DNA from: Eledone cirrhosa | Taxonomy: Eukaryota | DNA: 64,000 nt | Direction: 5' to 3' | Assembly (NCBI GenBank): GCA_964016885.1 | Contig: OZ024740.1 | Coordinates: forward strand, 192,324,001 to 192,388,000 | Part shown: one piece after another, positions 39,211-54,000 of the stretch | How the letters are laid out: the number at the start of each line of letters is the position of its first letter | Position numbering within the stretch: the first letter of the stretch is position 1 | Notes under the pieces: model-generated | What the model saw: the letters and a program-made list of their open reading frames with translations, nothing else | Databases searched by the model: none | What the model was told of the DNA's origin: nothing | Translations under genes and position numbers: made by a program

Positions 39211-40883
39211 TAACAATAATAATAATACATTTCTATCAATAATTCGATTAATCACAACCGAATGAAAGAGAACTCAGATAAATGCAGACAAACGGCACAT
39301 ATCTTTGAAATGTATACTGTAAACGTTTATACATATAATCGAAACACAGCTTTGTTTTATCAATTATTATTAATGTAAACGAATATTTGGAAATGTAAGC
39401 ACTAGTGAGATTGCTTTATATACTTCCTATGATCACAGATTAAATATATTAAAATGATTCTTCCAAGCTTATAACTATCATAATCAATGTGAACTTCTAT
39501 ACAGTTGCAAAAAGGAAATAATGTAATATCGGTTGATAAAAGAGTGTCCAACAGTTCTTTTTTTAATAAAATATTTGTATTCGTGACATCAAAAATTAAA
39601 CTATGATCTTGATATCAACTTTTCCATTTCTTTTTTCAGTTTACAATCAATTTTCTCTAAGTAAGGTTAATGTGTTCAATACATGTCCCATTTATTCATA
39701 GTTGGTTTTACTTTAATATAAAGGTACTATGTCATATAGTCTGCAAAGATGAACTTTATCTCACATGTTGTGACCTTTTTTGTAGTTATGAACATTTTCT
39801 TAGTAACGATTTGCTAATGTAATAGAGATTGTCAGTTTCACTCATTCACTTAGGTTTTCAATAAGCACTAACATGTTTAAAGTGTCGTAACCTTAAACGT
39901 TAGCTCTTTGCTGTAATCAAATAAACAATGTTCCTGATATGCCATTCATAGATTTCTAAATAGGAAATTTGATTATGCTCTCATATATGACAGGTAATGT
40001 ATGAACGTTTTATGAGTATTTTATGAACAGTATATGAGCCATTAGTGAACTTCTATAGCATTTCAAGCATGCATTCATTCATTGTAACATCCTTAATGAG
40101 TATATGGCTATCGGAACCCATTTACACATTCCTTTGTATAGAATCACCCATTTAATTTCCCATAGAGATGTTGAATTTGTAATCTCCTTTATTTTATATA
40201 TTGTCATTTTTCGATATATTTCTCTGTGTGTGGAAACAATTACATGAGATATTTATTGCAGCTCAGTCAAATTGTGCTTATAATATTATATATAGAAATA
40301 AGAATAAACAAGTCTAAAATTAATTATCTGTTCATATAATATACGTGAAAACCGAATTATCTATAGAGAAATAGATTGTTTTGATGAATATTTGGAGGTG
40401 TATTTAGAACATATATATGAGGCGTATGTGTTTGTGTGTATGATTGAGTGTGTGCATGAGCGTGTGAGTGTGTACACATGCATTTATACATGCATCGTTC
40501 GTGGAAAAAATCTCCCTCTTTATAAATGTCAATAAATTTTATAAGTCGATTTTCTTAAAACATGTATTTTGAACAGTATAATTGTAGAAGAACAGTGCAG
40601 TGGGAAGTTTCTACACAGGCACCCGTGTTTCCGAATGTGTTTATAATCGTATGCGCAAAATCTCGACTAAATTGATCAAGCATCAAGGTGGTATGTTGGC
40701 TAGTACGTGACGAATGCGTTCCTCCAACGTCCTATACATTAGAGGTCACGTAACTCACAGACAGTGCATGCATGATGCGGAGGGGGCATAACCTTCATGA
40801 ATAAGAAGTCATGATGTCCCATTAGGTACCAGTAGGCCAAACGTTAAAAATAATTTTCAATATGGAGTTTCAATCCACTCACT

Positions 40884-40947
<64 letters not shown>

Positions 40948-40950
<3 letters not shown>

Positions 40951-41112
40951 GAAGTATTTCCGTAGGAAAGGTAAAGGAAAAGAGAATGCTCTATGTAGGC
41001 TACAGAGCTTTTTCGTTATGTAATAAACAACATAAGATAATTAATTCATTTACCAGTGGTATCTGTCTTCAAGAAACCACTGGTAAATGAATTAATTATC
41101 TTATCTTGTCTA
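40948..41112. repeat. Mini inverted insertion in (TA)n
   Basis: Perfect 29-bp arms at 41032-41060 and 41076-41104 plus a unique tail. Confidence 0.75.
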
Positions 41113-41113
41113 T

Positions 41114-41154
<41 letters not shown>

Positions 41155-41157
<3 letters not shown>

Positions 41158-41752
41158 TTTCAGTCAGAGACAAAGAGACAACTCATACAATGGGAACACC
41201 CGCTCATCATCTGCTTCAATGATGGCCAAGTTCATTTCATCTGCAGGAAAGATGGAGGCCTCAGTTTTAGGGGATGCGTAAAGCATTGTGTTCATTGACT
41301 ATCTTTAAAAGGGCAACACTATGAATGTAGAGTGCTATGTTAACTTGCTGAGGCAGTTATGAAATGCAGTCTACGGTAAACTGATGAAAGGAATCATGTT
41401 TCATCAGGACAAAGCTCCACTACACAATCCCTTGATTTCAATTGTTGGCTTTGAACTGGTTGATCAGCCTCCTTATTCTCCTGATTTGACCCTATCTGAC
41501 TATCATCTATTTTCCAACATGAAAAATCATTTGGTTGGGTACTAATATTGCAGTGAAGATGACGTCATTTTAGTTATTGATGACATGTTTTATCAACCGA
41601 GGATGAAAAGGTTCCTCACCAATTGGTTCCAAGCTTTGCAACACACATGGAAGAGTTTTGTGGAACTCAAGGGGTATTATATAGGGGTATTATTGAAGAA
41701 TAAACTACATTAGGTTAAATTATGTGTGAGTATCTTGTTCAGCCGACCCTCG
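41155..41752 (+). mobile_element. Mariner transposon 3' remnant
   Basis: SAGKM, VFIDYL, FHQDKAP, PPYSPDLTLSDYHLF; ends ccctcg|TA. Confidence 0.88.
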
Positions 41753-42662
41753 TATATTCATGTACATATATATGCACACACATATATACATACATATATG
41801 CTCGTGTGTTGACGAGGTGCATATACTGGTGGGTCTATTATTACTTATAAGCTTACATATTATACGGCTCTCCCAGTATTTACCTTACAGCAGATAATGC
41901 AATTTCTTCTTCACCTACCTTCCAACATGACAACCTCGTATAATATGTCATTTTTCACACAAGTTTATGCTTGACATACCTTGACTATGTTGATGGTTAT
42001 AATTTAGTCATGGCATTACATATTTATGTATATATATGTGCGTACGAACTTCTGCATGTTTTTTTTATTTATTTTCTAGTGTTACTTTATAATTGATAAC
42101 CCCTCCGTCTTATTTTCTCTTTGCCTTAATTTTTATTCTTATCTTATATATTATTTCATTAATTTTTCATATTTTATATTTTTATATATGTATCGAACTT
42201 CAGTCTGACACCGCTTTGACTGATACACTCCCTTCCCTGTATATATCACATATATGTATGTCGTTGCGCGTGTGTATGTTTATACACACGCGTCTTTTCA
42301 TCCTTGTATGTGTATATACTTCAATTCTCAGTCCCTGTGTCTGAATGTACGCTAACTCTATTATCTTACAATTCATTTTCCAACATATATTATATACGTA
42401 TTTGTGGCACACATACACTGATATGCTTGCCCTCATGTATGTACTTACGCATACATTTTTTTACTATACACATGCATTTGTACATACATACATATGTACA
42501 TTTGTAGGTGCATATACACACATTTATACACATCCCCTTACTATATTTCTTTATTATATTTTTATATATCTCTTGTATTATTACTTTTATTTATATTTTT
42601 TTTTTGCCCGTTAAACTTTTGCCTTTCTTGAGGAGATTTTTCAAATATTTCACTATGTTTTA

Positions 42663-42740
42663 AATTGCCTTGTCTGACGAACGAATGCGGACGTGTCTTG
42701 TACTCGTCTTATTCGGGAAACCTCTAGTAATGAGGTAATT
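42663..42740 (+). ncRNA. Type I hammerhead in a PLE-like 3' end (about 42030-42820)
   Basis: aattgccttgt CTGACGA acgaat...attcgg GAAA cctctag TA atgaggtaatt. Confidence 0.75.
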
Positions 42741-43765
42741 ATATTATATTGTTTATTATTCATTAAATTTAGCTCTGTAACTTACATAGAGCACTCTTTA
42801 CTCCTATGACTTTTTCAATTTTCAACGGAAACTTCTATACCTATATATGTATATAACTTTGCAAATAGCATCACAGCACCATTCAATGCATGGCAACAGG
42901 AAGATGCAAAGATAAGAGGACCTATGTAAGCTATGCGTGACATCCTCTCAGTAGTTCCTGCTTTAACAAAGATCAACCGCGACATAAAATTGTATACGTT
43001 GGAATTTGTCAACATTCATTACGATATAAAAGAGTCTAAGGCATCTATCTTAGACGGTAAAAAATACATTACCATGTGCACGGGATGCCAATGCAGTTTG
43101 TTCTGATTCCTGAGTTATCGATTATCTACCATGCCATCCGATTGACCCTCATATCAGTGTTTCACCAGATCGAAAAACTTATAACCGCACCTGGCTCTTT
43201 CCATGCTGGAGAAGATATTTGCCATGCCGAAACTCTTTTTCTGCTTTTCCCAATGCCGTCATTCACCCTCAACTCTCATATCACAATGCCTCTATTCTGT
43301 GTCGTGATGATGAGATATGAAACCTCTAGTTATATGAAAGTTAGTTAGCAACAAGCCATGTTGGCAGATGTGTTGGGCTTTAGTCACCGGATTCCAGTAT
43401 TATTTTCATTGTCGGTATTTCTTTCGTCGCTAAACTCTAATCTTCACCTATTTTGAAACTATCGAATCTATACAAAATATCTCTGGATACATGCTAGTAA
43501 ATAGAGTGCTTAAGGAACAAGGGTTAGTCTCATATTTGTATAAAAACCTTCAGAGAATTACTAGTCCTGGTGCTGAAAATGAATTGTCGTCTCTTTAATG
43601 TAGCTACTAACTTTTTTCTCTCATCAATCACAGAAGTTTCACTAAATTAATGTCACTTAAGTGTGCTGTAACAAGACTACCAATTTTTATCGCGGTTCCA
43701 AACTATATGAAGGGATTCAGATAAAATCTTTCGTATCATCAAAACAACTTCCATATTATCAAAAA

Positions 43766-43792
43766 TCTGTATATATATATAAAATTAAGTAT

Positions 43793-43832
<40 letters not shown>

Positions 43833-44807
43833 TACCTATTGGGGCCTACTTCTTACGACCGATTTTGATGAACCATTACAGGCTCATAGATTAGTCATCG
43901 GGGAGTGTTTTCTATATATCCGCGTATCGTTTTTTTTTAATTCCGGAGTCCTTCTGCAGATAAAAATAGATAGGGGGGGGGGGACATCTTTTTTTAGGTA
44001 TCGAAAAATAAGATTTTTGGCTCTAGCTCCCACATTTTGCCACTGACTTCGTTCAAATTTTAAAGCAAAATAGAATGTATCATTGCACATCCTGAAATCA
44101 CTTTATATTTTGCATTTTTTGTTCAGCGACGGCGTGGCAACCGCTTAAATATCCAAAAATACCACTTTTATACTCAAATTTCCACTTTTTCAGCTCTAGC
44201 TCTCACATTCATCAACCTACTTTGTTAAAATTTTACATTACGCTAGATCTGATTATTTCACGTCTTAAAGTGTCTTTACATTTTGGATTTTTTGTTCAGG
44301 AACGGTGTCGCTGCCGCTTAAATATTCAAAAATACCAGCTTTTCGCTCAAATTTCCGCCTTTTCGGCTCTAGCTCCCACATTTTTCAACCGATTTCGTTC
44401 AAATTCGAAACCGGCTCCACCTCACACATAAATTAATTTATTTTGGTTCAACTTTTATAATACCTATCATTAGCTCCCACATTTTTCAACCCATTTCGTT
44501 CAAATTCAAATCTTCGGCTCTACCTCACACATAAATCAATTTATTTGGTTCAACTTTTATACTACGATAGAACCTATAATTGCACATCTTTGCATTTTTT
44601 GTTCAGGGACGGTGACCTAGCATTAGCTCCCACATTTTTCAACCGATTTCGTGCGTTTCTCGGTGATAGAGGTCATCACCACCCATCCCTGCATAGTCTG
44701 TGTGCGGCCATAGATGAGTCATCGAGAAGCAGTCTCTAAGATCAACCTCTTTTCATCAAAGCGGATATTATTTTACCTACCCAGGTAACGCTGGGTACTG
44801 CTGCTAG
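43766..44807 (+). mobile_element. Non-autonomous Helitron with internal repeats
   Basis: A|TC start; hairpin cccaggtaacgctggg then CTAG|T; repeated tagctcccacattt blocks. Confidence 0.82.
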
Positions 44808-45396
44808 TAATATATAAAATGATTAATTATAAAAAGAAAAAGAAATGCAGTATCACCGTACATATTTTATGGTTATGGTTGTGGTTTTATCAAGAAACAC
44901 CAATGATTGCTTTTCACCCTTCAGAATTATATTCAATATAGACTAACTAAATATTCTTCAGGAAGGCAATCATATATAGGTTTTCAAAAATGTATAAATC
45001 TTATATTAATCGACGTCAAACCTATTTCCATAATAACATTCTTAGTATCTAATTTAATTATGTGCAATATTTATTTATTCATTTTAACATTTTAAATATA
45101 TCGTATTACCAGCACGAAGTCATATGATTCACTGTTTGACGAAAGTGTGTAGTCTGGTCAACTGGGTTCGAATTTAAATAATATGAATTCGATTTCCATT
45201 GAGGAAAGCGTCGAAGCTCTGTCTTGTTTCGAATCCTAATCATCATAATATATATGTATGTATGTTTTATATATATGTATGTATATATTTATATATATAT
45301 ATATATATATATACGTTATTCCGGGTTGAATCGGAGGTAACCACAGTAAGTAAGGTACTCAATACATAGCAGAGTATAACAGTTTTAATATAGATG

Positions 45397-45447
45397 AGAT
45401 TCTACAGGACTAGAATTGTTTCATTCTTTAGAAATCATCAGGAATCT
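45397..45447 (-). ncRNA. Hammerhead motif in a PLE-like 3' end (about 45315-45870)
   Basis: agattc CTGATGA tttctaaagaat GAAA ca...tg TA gaatct. Confidence 0.65.
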
Positions 45448-46035
45448 GGGTATCAAAAAATAAAAATGGTATTTATAGGTCTCTACAAGTGGTAGGAGAG
45501 GGTGGGGAGTGGGATGGGTGTAGGTCATTGGTTGATAGAAAAGGGAATTCATTAAAAGCTAATTCTACAAAGCTATAGTTTATTTTTATTTATTTATGTT
45601 TTTAGAGTAACAAGGGCAGACAGAATTCTATAAACAGGTTCCCGATGGCATACCATTCCTTGTCATTAAGTTTCTCTTAAGCTAACAGATGTCTATAAGA
45701 TCAGTGGGGGGTCAGTCATGGTCGATAGAATTAAAGAAAAGGGAGATTCTTTAAAAGCTAAAATCATTAAGGTTCTACCAAGTGACAAAGGTTTAGAGAA
45801 TTCTGTAGACAGATTCAAAATACTGAGTGCATATCTTACAATTATCTTCGAACTTCTCTTAAACTAATCAACTATATGCCAAAAATCAACAGACACATTC
45901 ACAAAAAAAACATACTCACTCACACACTCACGCGCAACCATAAACACACATACACATACACATATACACACATAAAAACACTCACACATATATATAAATA
46001 TAAATATATTTATATACATATACATACACACATAC

Positions 46036-46078
<43 letters not shown>

Positions 46079-46203
46079 TATACATACACACACACATACA
46101 TATATATACACACACACACACACATATATACACATATAAATACACTCACACATATACATACAAACACAAATATACATGTGTATACATATACACACAAATA
46201 CAC

Positions 46204-46262
<59 letters not shown>

Positions 46263-46306
46263 CATATATATATATAAAACACATACACACACATATATAC
46301 ATATAC

Positions 46307-46359
<53 letters not shown>

Positions 46360-46402
46360 CATAAACAAATATATACATACACATACACACACACACATAC
46401 AT

Positions 46403-46445
<43 letters not shown>

Positions 46446-46604
46446 TATATAAGGAAAAAGCACCATACACACATACATATATATATATATATATACATAT
46501 ATATATACACACACACACATATACATACACATATACTCACACACATACACATACATACATATATACACAAATACATACACACATATACACATACACATAT
46601 ATAC

Positions 46605-46691
<87 letters not shown>

Positions 46692-47249
46692 TACACACAT
46701 ATACATATATATAATATCATTTTGAGGAGTTGATATTACAACCATATAAAGACAACAATTATTCAAATCTCAAATGTAAATTTATAGTGCGCAGCACGAT
46801 AGATAAGATACCGTTCAGAGTTTAATCCAATCGGTAAATTTACGATCTCATCAATTTTACAATACTACAGCGCATAAATATATTTAAAAAAATAGATACC
46901 TCTTCCAGAAATTGTTTAGATCATTTCTCGAATTTAAGAGGAAATTGAAAATATTTTCTTGAGGAACGCAAGAGGAAGGTAGCCGACAACGATGATCTGA
47001 AATAAAATAATCAAATAATTATATCCTGATAAATAAATAATACATAGGAGACTGAATATGTCCCTGAATATGACTGACATAGGTCGTTCGTATTCTATAG
47101 ACAACAATCTTAATGCATTCTTTTTACGACTATTTTGATTGTCTTTATAACAAATCATGTACGAGGATTTAACTTCTTATAAGCAATAGTCCACGCTGCC
47201 TGATATAAAAGGCTATTTAGCTTGAGACACAGACAGAAAAAAAAGATAC

Positions 47250-47296
<47 letters not shown>

Positions 47297-47354
47297 GTAG
47301 GACCCTCTACCAATACTGCCAATCCAGATAATAATATAATTTCAGCATTAATAT

Positions 47355-48263
47355 TGATTTCTGATTTAGGCACCAGACCGATAAGTGTGGGGGAGGAGAC
47401 AATCGATAATATTGACCCCAGTGCATTGCTGGTACGTTATTTAATCGACCCCGTAAAGTTTAAAGGCAAAGGTAATCTCTGCAGGATTTGAACTTTAAAT
47501 GATAAAGATTGTTTTCCGCCGCTCTACCGATGCTGAAAATCCACCACCCTATCTAAGCATTAACATTGAAATCTTGTTGATGTCCATAATATTTAAGATA
47601 TCTATACAAAATGGTGAAAATACTTACTAACATATCTAGCATCTATTAATATCATTAACAATCCTGTTGGTAAATAAAACCATATTACCAGTCCGTTAAT
47701 GTTTTAATTATATGCTAATGCAATATCTAATTTGAGTATTCATCCCTTCCCACGTCACTCCCGTCGATCTAGGAATCTCGTAAGAGCTTCATTGCAGATG
47801 CTTGTGCCTGCATGGTTATCAGTAAACAATTATGAATAAATAATAGTTTATGACTTAAGCACAACGCAAGTAATTTGTGGAGGAGTTTAAAGTCGATTAA
47901 ATCGACAGCAGTACGTCACTGGTGCTTTATTTAATCGACCCGTACGGATTGAAAAGTAACGCTAACCTCACCGGGATTTGAACTCAGAACGTAAAATGCC
48001 TTAAATCTCTGCCGCAAACATGGTGTCTCACGTTCTACTAATACTAATAGTATAGGTACAAGACCAGCAATTTTGTTTATTTTTTGGGGGAGGTCGATTA
48101 AATCGACTCCCAGTACGTTACCGGTGCTTTATTTAATCGACCCCGTAAGGATGAAAGGCAAAGTTAACCTCGGGTGGATTTGAACTCAGACCGTAAAGGG
48201 CCATACTCTATGATGTAAAGCATGGTGTCTGACTCTCTACTGATGCGGCCAATCCACCGCCCT
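47355..48263 (-). mobile_element. Cluster of three tRNA-derived SINE copies
   Basis: Copies at about 47355-47550, 47845-48040 and 48050-48263, each with ggatttgaact and atcgacccc. Confidence 0.8.
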
Positions 48264-48611
48264 TATATGTGAATAAATAATGAAATAGATACAATAAGGT
48301 TATATTTCACCGCATGATAATTTAATTCGTTTTGCTTATTTGCACTGTATATGATGAGTGATTTTAAACATTCAGATACGATAATATCAGTGAGCCCTAA
48401 CCTATATAAACATTAGTGATGTAATTTAGTGATTATATCGACCGGAGTGTTTCAGTGTTGATTCAATATTAACGCTTACACCAAATATATTGATCGAGAT
48501 TTGCGAAGGCAAAACTAATCACTGATTAATTGACAAGAAATGACCACTGCTACAAACACACAAATGCACACACACGCACACACACACACTCACACGCACA
48601 CACACACATAA

Positions 48612-48644
<33 letters not shown>

Positions 48645-48671
48645 CGTATAATTATATATATATAATGTATA

Positions 48672-49455
48672 TGTGTCTGTTGGTTTGTAAAACCAAAACA
48701 GACTAATTTTACACACCAATACTTGAATGTTCGATCAGCACACCACTCACATACCAAAAGAAACATTCCCTTTAACATGGCAAGACGCATTTGCACCATA
48801 GTAACACACCACACACTACAGGAAAAAAAGATTATATGAACTAAAATAAAATGTAAAAAACATTTATTCCTTTTGTTATCACTCACAATCCAAGGAACTT
48901 CAACATCGTGAAAGCCGCTAAACAATATCTTCCGTTTCTCCAGCAGTCCCCTAAAATGAATGCACTCGTAAAAGAAGCACAAATAATCTATAGTAGACGC
49001 CAAGCACCCAACCTAAACAAACGGCTTACCAAGGCAAAATTTACGTCTAATAAGAAAGCAATGCAAGTCAAGAAATGCGGGTACCCTCGATGCGGAACTT
49101 GCAAACACATTGAAGAGGGTGGGAAAATCTTCTTTAAAAACAACCAGTCTTTCACAATTAATGCAAACATGAATTGCAAAACAAAAAAAACTTGATTTAC
49201 TGTGCAACCTGCCCACAATGTAAATAATACTACATTGGTGAAACCGGAACGGGTCTACATGACAGAGTTAGTATACATAAACAACAAATTAGAGAACCCT
49301 TTGTCAGAAACACCACATGCAGTGAACACTTCGCAACATGCGGAAAATGAAAATTCACAATTTTCCCCTTCTTTAAGATATGGTCGGACAACGAATATTT
49401 CAGAAAATGTAAAAAAGAATTCTTTATTAGAAGATGCAAACCACTACTGAACACA
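48672..49455 (+). pseudogene. Degraded PLE (Neptune-like) RT thumb + GIY-YIG
   Basis: THQYL..HHSHTKRNIPFNMARRI, RRQAPNL, CGYPRCGTC, CKTKNLIYCATCPQC..YYIGETG..RVSIHKQQI. Confidence 0.85.
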
Positions 49456-49745
49456 AAAAAAAAATGATATTCCATCTTCAAATAACGGAATACCCCACCA
49501 CTTTGTTGTTTTTTTAAATCTCACATTGAAAAAGAAAAATATCCAAATAGAAGTTGATGACAACCATACTTTCAAACATTCGATCGCTGAAAAGAAGAAA
49601 AACCCAGAGGTACACTAACATTTCATTAATTACCCCTTCTCCACCCCAATGTATATGTAAAATTAAATCGTAGAGTAGATGTGTGTGTAGATGTGTTTGT
49701 ATGTATGCCTGTAGGTGTAGAGGTATGTTTATGTATGTGCGTGTG

Positions 49746-49883
<138 letters not shown>

Positions 49884-51064
49884 ATATATATGGGCTGTAA
49901 TTACATTTACATATAGGGAAATGAATATGTCAGCTAGCAGGCCCCCCACACATTTCCCATCCCAAAACAATATCAACAACATACATTTCTGCCAAATATT
50001 CCAAAACTATCCTTATTTTTTTCTTTGCTGTCATCCCATTCTTATCAAAGGACATGTATCTTACAGCTTATTAACCCCACCACAACCAGACACGCAGCTA
50101 AATTCATCTTTAAATTGTGGAAGGTATTCTTTAGAAAATTAAGAGAGTTCATTCAGCTATATGAAACGAATTTGACAAACATCTTGCCATTATGTTGATC
50201 AAAGGTCATTGATTGAAAAGGAATCAGCATGAGGGGACTTTTGCAGCACTTTCTTAAACACTCCCATCCCATTATATTCTTGCTGTCAACGTTCACCACA
50301 ACGTTCACCATGTTCTGTGTATATATGTATAAGTGTGTGCATGTTTGTGTGTCTGTTTGTGTGTGTGTGTGCTTTAATTCCTTTAAATCTTCATCAACAC
50401 TCCTTCACTCCCACACTCATTAACACCGCAGCAACCCCTAAGACACATCCAAATCTATCTTATATATAGAGTCACACATCACAACACAACCTGATCACAG
50501 TTTGACAATCGCCACCGACGAATGCGAGAAAGTTCTCCAGGGAGGACCACAACCAACACCAGCACCGGCAAAACCACTAACAACAACACCAATAGAAAGA
50601 CCCCACCAACATAGACCACCCAGGGGGGAAACGGGGTATGCTGTCAAATCCCCCCCCCCCAATACACACACCAATAAAACCATAAACACACACACAGACA
50701 CACTTACAGACACATACCCCTCATCTACCAGTAGTGAAGATGAGGGAAAACCCAAATCCCGCAAAATACAAAAAAGGAAGCACAAAAAACTCTACAAAGC
50801 ACAAAATCACCCACCGTGAAAATCGCAGACACCACCCACGCAAACATCTCTCCAATAACACCAACATCAACACCACCATCACCATCACCAGAATCACCCA
50901 AATGCAAACAACCTAAACATACGCAAGAACAAATATACACACAAACATCTGAAACCACAGACACCGCACTCACAACAAACACACACGCAACCGAAACAAC
51001 ACCACCAAAACCATCACCACCACAGCCACGCAAACAAATAAATTAACACCAACAAAACATACAA

Positions 51065-54000
51065 CACTTCGTGCTCGTCAGGAGGGCCAACAAGGAACTG
51101 ATGGCCCTCGTGGCACGAAGTGGAAAATATACAAGAAGAAGGGGAAAATGTTTAAATCGAGCACATTTCGCGTGCCGGAAGATTTGTCTCTGGTGCGAAT
51201 GTCGCTCGATTTATACAGAGAAATACGAGACAGCTTTCCTCAGGACGTCGGAACCACGAACGTAAAACCCACTTCAAGGCTTTTAAAGGGGTTCCCAAAA
51301 GAAACCCCACCAACTATGGAGGTCGAACCACCCGACCTTCACAAGAGCCCGGAAGGTAAGTAAACCTTTCCTCTCTCTCTTTTTAACCTGCCAATATGGC
51401 CGTATTAAGAGTAAGAAGTTCAAATGTTCGAGGCCTGGGATCGTCCTGGAAGCAGGGTCACCTGCTCAACGTCATCAGCCGTCAGCGAGACCAGGATTTC
51501 CGACACGCGCGCACCAGCCCCCATTTTCGATGACTATCAGATCCTTGCATCTGTTAGCCGGCCGGGAATGGGAGGCGGGGTGGCAGTGCTGTTTAGGAAA
51601 GGCCTGGATCTCGAGGTAAGGTCGATCTTCCGGGACCCGGACGGGAAGTTGGTGGTCCTGGACAATAACGAAGGTGGTGCCTTTATACTGGTGGCCGTCT
51701 ATGCTCCTACTGGGGCAGGACAGCCGGACTTCTTTAGACGCCTGGAAGCCTTTCTGGGTACGTCTCGCCCTTTACTGTTAGCGAGGGACTGGAATGACAT
51801 CTTAGACGCACGCTGGGACTGTGTGGATAGGAGCGATAGGAGCGGGAGGTGCAAAAGCCTCAAGAACCTGATCAGCCAGTTCCAACTGTCTGACAGGTAC
51901 CGACTACATTTCCTTAATGCACCAGTGTGGACCTGGACTAACCGCATAGGGTCATCTAGATCGTATATAGACAGGATATTCATTAGGAAAATATACATAA
52001 ATAGTATAAGCTGTCCACGTTTTGAAACGGTCTCCTATTCAGATCACAAGTTTGGTCGACCTAGATAAGACGCGTAGGTTAGGACCTGGTTACTGGAAGC
52101 TAAACATGTCATTTCCGGTACGTAAGGCTTACAAGGACCAGGTCAAGAATTTAGTTAAGAAAGGGTTGACAAGGGTAGTCGTCAACAATAGATAGTGGGG
52201 AGCTCTCAAAAGAGAGATTAGAGTAATGTCGATAGAGTTTATCAAAGTAGTAGCGGTGGAGGAAAATAGAAAGAAGGGGGAGTTGGTAGATAAATTAGAC
52301 GAGGATATTGGTAGTGGCATTGCAACTGACGTGCTAGCGGCGAGAATGGCATTAGACCATTTCTTCAATGCGAAACACGAAGGTTATATTGTCAGAGCTA
52401 AGGCGCGTGCTCTGAGAAACGAGGGAACCAAAGCTGTTCGATGGGCCCGCGTGACAGAGGCGCAGCGTGGTAATAAAACCACGATTCGCTCCTTGACGGA
52501 CCGATATGGACACGAGCTGAGCGATTCCAAGCGGAAGTGTGAAGCCTTTCGCCAACATTTTGCTCTGTTGTTCGGCGGAAGTGGCGGGTCAGAGATGGTG
52601 GCGAACTTCAGTCCCTACTTCGATGGCTGCCTCAACTCTCGACTGCTGACGCTGGGCGCTGCGAAAGGCCAATTACTTCAGCCGAGATTCAGGATGCCCT
52701 TGTCGGCCGCATGAGGCGCAAGTCACCCAGTTTGGATGGTCTGCCCTACGAGCTTTACGTAAATATGCCAGACTTGTTCTCCAATCTCCTCGAAGCCCTC
52801 TACTGCAACAGGCAGCAAAACGGGAGTATTCCCAGTTCTGTGAGCCGGGGCGTAGTGAGGCTGATAAGGAAAGACGAGAACAAGAGGGAAACATTAGACA
52901 ATTTCAGGCCCATAAATCTGCTCATCACAGAGTTTAAGATTTTGGCCAGGGTGTTAGCGAAACGGTTGGCCCTTGTCGAGGATTGGTTGGGGAGGCGCAA
53001 ACTTACGAAATGCCAACCAGGTCCATACATTACAACCTCCATTTAATACGATACATCATAGAGAGGGTAGGGTGTAAACCTGGCTTCGGTGGGGCTCTGA
53101 TCAATTTAGATCAATCGAAAGCATTCGATAGGGTCTATCATCGGTACCTGGAGGATGTCCTCAAGGCGGCTAGCTTCGGCCCCGTCTTCAGAATCTGGAT
53201 CGCTGCAATGCACAGCAGCACCTGCTCGGTGGTCAAAATTAATGGCCACCTCTCAGAACCGTTTCAGGTCTCCCGATCGGTCCGTCAAGGGTGTACTCTC
53301 TCCTCCCTTCTGTACGTATTGTCTCTCGAGCCTTTACTGCGGAAGCTGGAGTTGTTGAAGGGCATCGCGCTCGAACCAGGACGCGGAAAGGTTGTGTCGG
53401 CTTATACAGACGACATCAACGTGATGGTGTCGGACACCTCAGAAATCGACGTGGTCGGCAACTTATTGGAGGAATATGACAGGTTGACAGGAGCAAAATT
53501 TAAACCGGAAAAGTCGGTGGTCTTGCAACTCGGCACATGGAGAGGCAAGTCTATGCCGTCTAACAGCGTATTTAGGCGCTGGACGGACGGACCGGTAAAG
53601 TTGCTCGGTATTTGGTTCGGACCAGACTTCCAGGTGGATAAGAATTGGGACGAGGTGACGGGCAGGGTAGCCAGTCTCACCTAGAATTGGGCTTGGGGGA
53701 AGCTATCACTGAAAGGTCCGGCGGAGGTGGCGGACGCGTACATCGCGTCTGTCATCTACTACCGTCTGACTGTCTCGCCATCTTGAAGCGGCTCCTCTTC
53801 AAATTATTGTGGAGGGGTCAGGTTCCGCTGGTGAGGCGGTCCATCTGCTACCAGCACCCTCTACGTGGAGGGCTGGGCATGCCGTGGCTAATGATGTGCA
53901 GATATACGCTGAGGCTGCGGCATCTCCAGATATTCTGCCTAAACGGTGAACAGGTGTGGTCGCCGTTTGTCAGACGGGCCTTTCCGCAGCTCGTTTCTTT

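Noticed and set aside
48908-49455. Selenocysteine recoding of PLE stops, as in Naiad elements
   Set aside because: The endonuclease is C-terminal, stops include TAA, the TGA is not at a Cys position and frameshifts occur: ordinary decay.
50502-51046. Thr/Pro-rich ORFs as a mucin-like gene
   Set aside because: CA-biased low-complexity DNA with stops and no splice signals; origin unresolved.
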